Source of the DNA: Candidatus Iainarchaeum sp.
GTDB taxonomy: Archaea > Iainarchaeota > Iainarchaeia > Iainarchaeales > 0-14-0-20-34-12
Assembly (NCBI GenBank): GCA_030649345.1
Contig: JAUSKK010000018.1
Location: 18,655 to 50,654 of the forward strand
Length of the DNA stretch: 32,000 nt
Direction: 5' to 3'
A program made the position numbers and the translations under genes. Numbering within the stretch: the stretch's first letter is position 1; every line of letters starts with the position of its first letter. Shown one piece after another: positions 25,876-32,000 of the stretch. The notes beneath the pieces are model-generated. The model did no database searches. It saw nothing but the letters and a program-made list of their open reading frames with translations, and was not told where the DNA came from.

Positions 25876-26835
25876 ATGGCTTCTAAAGTTGTGGTTACTG
25901 GCGGTGCTGGTTTTATTGGTTCTCACTTAGTTGAAAAATTGGTTGAGAAAAATTTTAACGTAACTGTTATTGATAATCTGTTTGCTGGAAAAAAAGAAAA
26001 CTTAAAAAATGTCTGGAAAGACATTGAATTTGTTAAAGGAAATATTTTGGATTCAAAATTGTTAAACAGCTGCTTTAAAGATGCTGATTTTGTTTTTCAC
26101 GAAGCAGCTTTGCGATCGGTTCGTGTTTCTGTAAAAAAACCTGTGACATATGCTAGTGTTAACATCTTGGGCACTATTAAAGTATTGGAAGCAGCTAAAC
26201 AACAGAATGTTAAACGAGTTATTTATGCAAGTTCTTCTTCAATTTATGGTAATCAAAAAATATTTCCAGTTAAAGAGCATTTTTTGCCGAATCCGCAGAA
26301 TCCATATGCAGCCAGTAAAGCGTGTGCAGAACAGTATTGCAAAATGTATTCTCAATTGTTTGGTTTAGAAACTATTGCCTTGCGCTATTTTAATGTCTAT
26401 GGTCCGCGTCAAGATTATTTGTCTGAATATGGAACTATATTCCCTATCTTTGTTAATCAATTATTGCACAATAAATCACCCACTATTTTTGGAGATGGAA
26501 AACAAGCCAGAGATTTTACCTATGTAGCTGATGTGGTTGAAGCTAATTGGAAAGCTATGCGTGCTTCCAAAAAGGCTGTAGGTGAATCCTTTAATGTATG
26601 CAACGGTAAAACGGTGTCGGTTAATCAAGTTTTTTCTTTGATTAGCAAAGCTTTGGGTAAAACAATTCAACCCAACTATGTTTCTGTTCGGGCTGGTGAA
26701 GTTCAAAAAACTCACGGTGAACCCAGTAAAGCAAGAAAACTTTTGGGTTTGCAGTGTAAAATGTCTTTTCAAAAAGGTTTGCCAAAAACAGTTGAATGGC
26801 TCAAAAAAGAATTCTTTGCGCGTGATTTTCGATAG
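25876..26835 (+). CDS. NAD-dependent nucleotide-sugar epimerase/dehydratase (extended SDR)
   Basis: VVVTGGAGFIGSHLVEKL, ASSSSIYG and YAASKACAEQY. ATG codons occur at 25867 and 25876. Confidence 0.8.
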   Translation: MASKVVVTGGAGFIGSHLVEKLVEKNFNVTVIDNLFAGKKENLKNVWKDIEFVKGNILDSKLLNSCFKDADFVFHEAALRSVRVSVKKPVTYASVNILGTIKVLEAAKQQNVKRVIYASSSSIYGNQKIFPVKEHFLPNPQNPYAASKACAEQYCKMYSQLFGLETIALRYFNVYGPRQDYLSEYGTIFPIFVNQLLHNKSPTIFGDGKQARDFTYVADVVEANWKAMRASKKAVGESFNVCNGKTVSVNQVFSLISKALGKTIQPNYVSVRAGEVQKTHGEPSKARKLLGLQCKMSFQKGLPKTVEWLKKEFFARDFR

Positions 26836-26856
26836 TTTCTGAATTGAGGTATTTGT

Positions 26857-28002
26857 GTGAAAATATTTTTAGTTGTACCTTACGCAGACCCTGAAAAGGG
26901 TGCAGCCATTGTTCGAGTAAATAGTTTTAGAGACTATTTTCAGTCTCAAAGCCATTCAGTTCAGGTGATAGCTCCTTTGCGAAAAGGGCTGGAATCTGCA
27001 CAAACTATTTTTCGATATAAAAATATTTTGCAGTTAATAAAATTTCTTTTAAGTAACAATTTTGATGTTCTCTTGGCAACATCACCTCCTATTGTTCATG
27101 CATTTTTTTCGCTTTTGATTTGTAAACTAAAAAGAAAACCATTTGTTTTGGATTCCAAAGACCTTTTTACGCATACTGCAATCAAGCTGGGTTTATTGAA
27201 AAAAGGCAGTTTAAAATTTTATATTTATCGATTTATGGAAATAGTAACCCATAAATGGGCAAGGCATATTTTAGTTTTAGATCCTACTCTTGGAGATCGA
27301 ATAAGTCAATTGTATTCAGTTCAACCTGAAAAAATAACAGCGGCTTACAATGGGGTGGATGTGCGAATTGTTCGAAAAGATGCTGTGGCAGGAAAAAAAA
27401 TAAGAGAACAGCTAAATATTTCTGCGAATGCTGGGCTAATTATTTATTTGGGCGGCTTGGGAGATGAACGGTACATTGATTTTTTGCAAGAAACTGGAAA
27501 CATTATAAAAAAATACAATGCATATATTTTATTTGTTATTGCATCGGATGAAAGCTTGATTGCTGGCCAAAGACTGAATGAAATTTATGCCTGCATTGAA
27601 CAGTTGGAATTGAAAAAAAATTTCATTCTTTTGAAAAATATTCCACACCCTGAAGTTTACAAATATTTATCTGCAGCTGATATTGGAGTTGATTTCTGGC
27701 CAGATTTTGAATATTTTGCAGTTTCTGTAAAAGTTCTTGAATATATGGCGTGCGAGCTTTCCGTTATGATTAAAATACCTAAGCGAAACAAGAGTTACAA
27801 GGACTTCTTTGAAAAATATGCTGTGGGTGCAGCATTGACCGAATGGAGTGACTTTAAAATTCATTTAGATGCTGCGTTAATGAATTTGCCGTCTTTTAAA
27901 GAACAAGGCGTAAAAGGTGCTGAGATTATCAAAGAAAATTTTACCCGAGATGTTACTAGTAAAAAAGTTTTAAAAATTTTGGAAAACCTCCAAAAGAAAT
28001 GA
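26857..28002 (+). CDS. Glycosyltransferase, GT-B/GT4-like
   Basis: 381 aa with a two-Rossmann layout and a C-terminal E-x7-E-like segment (FEYFAVSVKVLEYMA). The GTG start is preceded by GAGGT 7 nt upstream. Confidence 0.55.
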   Translation: MKIFLVVPYADPEKGAAIVRVNSFRDYFQSQSHSVQVIAPLRKGLESAQTIFRYKNILQLIKFLLSNNFDVLLATSPPIVHAFFSLLICKLKRKPFVLDSKDLFTHTAIKLGLLKKGSLKFYIYRFMEIVTHKWARHILVLDPTLGDRISQLYSVQPEKITAAYNGVDVRIVRKDAVAGKKIREQLNISANAGLIIYLGGLGDERYIDFLQETGNIIKKYNAYILFVIASDESLIAGQRLNEIYACIEQLELKKNFILLKNIPHPEVYKYLSAADIGVDFWPDFEYFAVSVKVLEYMACELSVMIKIPKRNKSYKDFFEKYAVGAALTEWSDFKIHLDAALMNLPSFKEQGVKGAEIIKENFTRDVTSKKVLKILENLQKK

Positions 28003-28012
28003 CTGTGATAAT

Positions 28013-28951
28013 ATGGATAAGAAATGCATGGTTACTGGGGCTGCTGGTTTTATTGGTTCTCATTTGGTTGAACAATTGCTGATTGAAGGCTGGACTGTAA
28101 TTGCGTTAGACGACCTTTCTACAGGGAACCTGGATAATCTTTCAATTGCTTTGAAAAATGAACATTTTCATTTCGTGAAAGCAGATGTAACTAAATTAGA
28201 ACAAATAGACCCATTGCTGTTTAAAGATCTTGATTGTGTTTTTCATCTTGCTGGAAAAAAAATGGCATTCAGTGTTAAATTTCCAAGAGAAGATTTGTAC
28301 GCCAATGTAACCGGTACTTTGAATATGCTTATTTTGGCAGCAGAGCATGGAGTTAAACGATTTATTATTTCTTCTACGATTGCAGTGTACGGTGATCCGG
28401 AAAAACCGCCGAGCAATGAAAGTTCTGCAATTGTTCCAACTACGCCGTATGGGGTTAGTAAATTTGCAGCTGAAGAATATTGCAGGCTATGGTTTCGGCA
28501 ACACAAATTGCCAGTGGTTGTATTAAGATATGCCAGTGTGTTTGGTCCAAGACAAGCTGTAAATGTAGGTGCTGTAACTGTATTTCTTTCTAAAATCTTA
28601 AATGATGAATTTATTACAGTATACGGCGATGGCAGTTTTACCCGTCCATTTACTTATGTGGGTGATGTAGTTCGAGCCAATATTTTAGCTGCAACTGCTG
28701 AAACTAAGACTGTGTTAGGAGAAACATTTAATGTTGGATCGAATCGCAGTGTATCTATTATGGAACTCATCAATACTCTTGGCTTAAAATTGAACAAGAA
28801 ACCTAAGATTAATTTTGTTCCTCCGCGATTAGGTGAGCTTCAGCATATGGCTGCGGATATTGGCAAGATTCGCAAAGTTTTAAAATTTGAGACTGCATTT
28901 TCTTTTGAAGAAGGAATTGCTAGGACTGTGGATTATTATGCGAAGAAATGA
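28013..28951 (+). CDS. NAD-dependent nucleotide-sugar epimerase/dehydratase (extended SDR)
   Basis: CMVTGAAGFIGSHLVEQL and YGVSKFAAEEY. Confidence 0.8.
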   Translation: MDKKCMVTGAAGFIGSHLVEQLLIEGWTVIALDDLSTGNLDNLSIALKNEHFHFVKADVTKLEQIDPLLFKDLDCVFHLAGKKMAFSVKFPREDLYANVTGTLNMLILAAEHGVKRFIISSTIAVYGDPEKPPSNESSAIVPTTPYGVSKFAAEEYCRLWFRQHKLPVVVLRYASVFGPRQAVNVGAVTVFLSKILNDEFITVYGDGSFTRPFTYVGDVVRANILAATAETKTVLGETFNVGSNRSVSIMELINTLGLKLNKKPKINFVPPRLGELQHMAADIGKIRKVLKFETAFSFEEGIARTVDYYAKK

Positions 28952-30161
28952 CTGTAGACTGTGCAAAAGCAAAGATTTGCAGATGTTTTTACAATTGGGT
29001 CCGCAGCCTTTGGCTGGAAAATTTTTAAAACCAGAACAATTAAATGAAACAGAAGAATTTTATGCTTTGGATGTTTTTTTCTGCAAAAATTGTAAATTGG
29101 TTCAAGTATTGGATATTGTGCCCAAAGAAACTCTTTTTTCAGAATATTTTTATGCACCACACACTTTACTTTCCAAGCATTTTACGTCCTATGCCAATGA
29201 GATTGTTAAAGAATTTAATTTAAATGAAAAATCTTTGGTTGTAGAAATTGGATCCAATATTGGAATGATGCTGAAGCCATTCAAAGAATTGGGAGTTCCT
29301 GCAGTAGGTGTAGAGCCAGCTCAAAATATTGCGGCTATGGCCAATGAATTAGGATTAGAAACTGTTAATGATTTTTTTAATGAAAAGGTTGCAAAAGAGA
29401 TTGTTCGACAAAAAGGTAAAGCTGATTTAATTATTGCCAACAATGTTTTTGCACATATTGATAATTTAGACGAAATTTTGCTGGGTGTAAAAGCTTTGCT
29501 AAAACCCAACGGAGTGTTTGTTTTTGAAAACCATTATCTTTTGGATACTTTAGAAAAAGTACAATACGATGACGTTTACCATGAACATCTTTGCTATTAT
29601 TCGCTGCTTCCAATTATTCCATTTTTTCAAAAATATGGAATGACTGTTTTTGATGCAAAAAAAATCAATACCCACGGCGGGTCTATTCGAGTATATTGCA
29701 GTAATTCTGCTAAACTTATTTTGCCATCCATTAAACAATTATTGGATGCTGAAAAAAAAGCTGGATTGGATATATTGGAAACTTTTGTTGCTTTTGGAAA
29801 AAAAGTTCAAAATAACAAAATTGAAGTTTATCAACTTTTACATTCTTTGAAATCGCAAGGCAAAAGTATCATTGGCTACGGCGCTCCTGCTCGCGGCAAT
29901 ACTTTGTTAAATTACTGCAAAATTGATTCCGGGCTTTTGGACTATATTATAGATGATTCTCCTTTACGGCAAGGAAAGTATACTCCCGGGACCCATATTC
30001 CTATTGTTTCAGTTGACCAATTTAGAAGCCAACAGCCAGACTATGCATTCTTGCTTGCCTGGGGCGGATATACTGAAAGCATTTTGCAGAAAGAACAAAA
30101 GTTTATCGAAAAAGGCGGAAAGTTCATTATTCCATTGCCGGAAACAAAAATAGTGCCTTAA
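28938..30161 (+). CDS. NDP-hexose C-methyltransferase-like protein, paralogue of 10870-12129
   Basis: CRLCKS...CKNCKLVQV, EIGSNIG, NVFAHIDN and IIDDSPLRQGKYTPGTHIPI. The ATG at 28938 overlaps the upstream stop by 14 nt. It aligns along its full length with the other C-methyltransferase but is clearly divergent. Confidence 0.7.
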   Translation: MRRNDCRLCKSKDLQMFLQLGPQPLAGKFLKPEQLNETEEFYALDVFFCKNCKLVQVLDIVPKETLFSEYFYAPHTLLSKHFTSYANEIVKEFNLNEKSLVVEIGSNIGMMLKPFKELGVPAVGVEPAQNIAAMANELGLETVNDFFNEKVAKEIVRQKGKADLIIANNVFAHIDNLDEILLGVKALLKPNGVFVFENHYLLDTLEKVQYDDVYHEHLCYYSLLPIIPFFQKYGMTVFDAKKINTHGGSIRVYCSNSAKLILPSIKQLLDAEKKAGLDILETFVAFGKKVQNNKIEVYQLLHSLKSQGKSIIGYGAPARGNTLLNYCKIDSGLLDYIIDDSPLRQGKYTPGTHIPIVSVDQFRSQQPDYAFLLAWGGYTESILQKEQKFIEKGGKFIIPLPETKIVP

Positions 30162-30198
30162 TTATTTTTCTATTTTTTAAGTTGTTTATTTTTTTAGA

Positions 30199-30216
30199 AA
30201 ATGCAGCTGCCGGGAA
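30199..30216. repeat. 18-nt direct repeat copy (aaatgcagctgccgggaa), a partial copy of the tRNA-Gly 3' end
   Basis: Identical to 30350-30367. It corresponds to the last 15 nt of the tRNA plus 3 trailing nt. Confidence 0.9.
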
Positions 30217-30349
30217 CCAGAAATCAGAACCTTAGGTTCCGATACCTCCTGCTGCACTATCTTCGTTTCACTCGATAGTGCATGTTCTGATACTGCCTTT
30301 TTGCAGTGCCACTGCAAGTGGCACGTGCCATCAACCGGCACGCCGGTTG
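30217..30349 (-). ncRNA. GC-rich, multi-hairpin segment of unknown class (candidate structured RNA or relic of an att-flanked insert)
   Basis: About 52% GC by my count against a ~30% background. Hairpins are 30331-30350 (tcaaccgg/ccggttga, 4-nt loop), 30306-30324 (gtgccac/gtggcac), 30255-30280 (cactatc/gatagtg) and 30213-30240 (ggaacc/ggttcc). The strand is not established. Confidence 0.3.
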
Positions 30350-30367
30350 AAATGCAGCTGCCGGGAA
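30350..30367. repeat. 18-nt direct repeat copy within and just beyond the tRNA-Gly 3' end
   Basis: Identical to 30199-30216. Confidence 0.9.
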
Positions 30368-30464
30368 TCGAACCCGGGCCACGACCTAATTCCAAGTTTT
30401 TGCTCAAGCTTTTTAGAAAAAAGCTTGTGGGAAGGTCGAATCAAAACCACTAGACTACAGCTGC
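30353..30464 (-). tRNA. tRNA-Gly (anticodon CCC) with a ~40-nt intron in the anticodon loop; no encoded CCA
   Basis: Folded by hand. The acceptor is GCAGCTG/CAGCTGC, the anticodon stem CGACC/GGTCG and the loop TT-CCC-A. The T arm is CCGGG-TTCGATT-CCCGG. The intron (CAAGC...CTTGGAATT) has a CAAG/CTTG helix consistent with a bulge-helix-bulge, plus an internal hairpin AAGCTTTTT/AAAAAGCTT. Confidence 0.75.
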
Positions 30465-30466
30465 AT

Positions 30467-32000
30467 TTATTTTTCTTCTTTGTATTTTGCATCCAGTACT
30501 TTTCGTATTTTTTCGGCTTTAATTTCTCCTAAATTTTCAACTGTCTGCAATTCTTTTTCAGAAGCATTTACAACTTCTTTAACTGAACCAAACTTTTTCA
30601 ATAATTCTTTTGCTGTCTTGGGTCCAATTAAAGGCAGGCTTTCAATAATGAATTGTTGTTGTTCTGGTAAAGTAAAACCTGCGCGTCCAACTCGTAATTT
30701 GATGTCTTTGTCTTTGCCTAATTGTTCTCGTTTTGCAATGACTGTCAAAAATTCTGCAGTTTCTCCTGCATTTCGAGTAAACAAAATTGGAAAACGATAA
30801 CGTACCGCAATCGAAGTAATGGCTCCAATAATGGCATTTTTGTGAATGTCTCGCAAAGTATACAAGTCATCCAAAGAACCTTCAATTAAAAACAAAGGAT
30901 TTTCGTAATTCGCAGACATGTTTGCTAACTGATTAAATAATCGGCCGTCAATCATGCTTTGCAAAAAATCTTCTACACTTTTTCGTTCTACACAAATTTG
31001 ATTGCTTAAAATAAAATCTCCGACTTCCAATTGTTTAATTTCAAGCCTGCAATTTAATTCTTTGAGTTTGCGTAAAACTTCACTGCCTTGTTCTCTAGAG
31101 TCTGCGTAAATTAGTACAGTTTCTTCTTCGGATTTTTCTTTAAATTTCTGCAACGTAGTTTGCTGTTCCCGCTTCAAGGATGGACGTGCAATTTCTAAAG
31201 GTTGTGTTTTATTTGAACTCATGCCTTTCAATTCTTTAATCATTTTTTTTTCTTTCTTTAAAGCACTCCATAAATAAGCAATATCGCGCGTATCTTTGGC
31301 AGCTAAGACAATGGTTTTTCCAGATTCAGTTCTTCCAGTTCTTCCTCTTCGTTGAATCCATCGAACTTCACTGGCTACTGGTTCAAAAAATACAACCAAA
31401 TCACAGGCAGGAACATCTAGGCCTTCTTCACCTACGCTGGTGCTGACCAAAACATTAATGTCTCCTTCTTTAAATTCATTCAAGATTTGTACTTGCTTTT
31501 TTTGACTTAATCCCTTGGTTTTTCCTTTACTGGCTTGTCCAATAAACGCACAGGCATTGACTCCTTTAATGTTTTCTAGTTCTTGTACGATGTGACTTAA
31601 ATTATCTCGGTATTGATTGAATACCAAAATTCTGGACTTAGAATTTTGCGTAAATTGTTCTTGAATTATTTTTTTTAATTCCACAATTTTTGGATTACTT
31701 ACATTTTCGTTTAATGATTTTTCCAAAACAGCTTGCGCTCGAATTACATGTGCACTGTTCATTAAACTTTTATCTGCTTTTGTGCTTTCAGTGCCTAAGC
31801 TTTTTTCTTTCATGCGTTCAAAATATTCTTGTGCTGCCAGCAAACCTTGGGTTTCTACCAATTCAAGTGCATGATGGACTTTCATTAAAGCAGCAATTTT
31901 ACTAATGGCGCTGTACAAATGAGGTTGTGCTTTTCCATATCTTGCTAAATTTTGTCGAACAGTTAACTGCAAAGCAATCAATCGTTTGCGGCTAAACTGA
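30467..32000 (-). CDS. hef: Hef helicase/XPF-type nuclease, C-terminal part (N-terminus lies beyond the window)
   Basis: Helicase C-terminal motifs are VSTSVGEEGLDVP and QRRGRTGR. The ERCC4 nuclease motifs are YADSRE, VGDF and VERKSVEDF. The C-terminal HhH2 is LIGPKTAKELLKKFGSV. The reading frame stays open to the window edge. Confidence 0.85.
   Translation of the reverse strand, partial: QFSRKRLIALQLTVRQNLARYGKAQPHLYSAISKIAALMKVHHALELVETQGLLAAQEYFERMKEKSLGTESTKADKSLMNSAHVIRAQAVLEKSLNENVSNPKIVELKKIIQEQFTQNSKSRILVFNQYRDNLSHIVQELENIKGVNACAFIGQASKGKTKGLSQKKQVQILNEFKEGDINVLVSTSVGEEGLDVPACDLVVFFEPVASEVRWIQRRGRTGRTESGKTIVLAAKDTRDIAYLWSALKKEKKMIKELKGMSSNKTQPLEIARPSLKREQQTTLQKFKEKSEEETVLIYADSREQGSEVLRKLKELNCRLEIKQLEVGDFILSNQICVERKSVEDFLQSMIDGRLFNQLANMSANYENPLFLIEGSLDDLYTLRDIHKNAIIGAITSIAVRYRFPILFTRNAGETAEFLTVIAKREQLGKDKDIKLRVGRAGFTLPEQQQFIIESLPLIGPKTAKELLKKFGSVKEVVNASEKELQTVENLGEIKAEKIRKVLDAKYKEEK

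Noticed and set aside
30217-30349. Assignment of the GC-rich segment as a C/D box sRNA, an H/ACA sRNA or a second intron-containing tRNA
   Set aside because: Only weak matches were found. There is a TTGATGG C-box-like site and a CTGA about 107 nt apart, which is too long for an archaeal C/D sRNA. An ACA follows a possible stem, but there is no K-turn. There is no TTCRA T-loop and no D-arm on either strand. The class is left open.
30186-30532. ORFs 30186-30407 (-) and 30278-30532 (+)
   Set aside because: They run through the tRNA-Gly gene and the GC-rich hairpin segment. The open frames result from GC-rich RNA-type sequence and are not evidence of coding.
1-32000. CRISPR arrays, transposases, integrases or prophage genes
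   Set aside because: I saw no regularly spaced repeats and no ORF with recognisable integrase, transposase or Cas motifs. The only mobile-element-like signals are the two short duplications reported as findings.

Overview
AT-rich (about one-third GC by eye), tightly packed archaeal chromosome segment. The archaeal markers are ribosomal protein L44e/eL42, a Hef helicase-nuclease, an AglB/STT3 oligosaccharyltransferase, a tRNA with a long anticodon-loop intron, a stand-alone 5S rRNA and TATA-type promoters. Composition and compactness suggest a DPANN-like or similar uncultivated lineage, but that is inference. About 27 of the roughly 33 genes build or modify glycans. They fall into five groups. 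(1) A minus-strand operon at 270-5903: B12-binding radical SAM, methyltransferase, GT2, GT4, Wzx flippase. (2) Nucleotide-sugar genes at 5971-13585: RmlA/B/C/D homologues, Gmd, an SDR and a sugar C-methyltransferase. (3) A Dol-P-sugar-synthase-like GT2 next to a GT-C membrane transferase, plus two more methyltransferases. (4) A eukaryote-like N-glycosylation core operon at 17591-22673: AglB, Alg7/AglH, Alg14, Alg13, GT2. (5) A second plus-strand sugar cluster at 24646-30161 with a second C-methyltransferase paralogue. No CRISPR array, transposase or integrase was seen. Items most worth a second look: (a) a 29-bp perfect duplication at 3640-3799 that flanks a GC-rich hairpin insert and creates an unlisted, translationally coupled 43-codon ORF inside the radical-SAM operon; (b) a 10-bp x 3.8 tandem repeat carrying phased GATC sites just after the start codon of a methyltransferase, a possible frameshift switch; (c) a 133-nt, ~52% GC, multi-hairpin segment bracketed by an 18-nt direct repeat of the tRNA-Gly 3' end; (d) the AglH gene, which seems to need a non-canonical ATT start behind a perfect GGAGG to keep its first transmembrane helix. 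All functional calls rest on motif recognition by eye. No database search was run.
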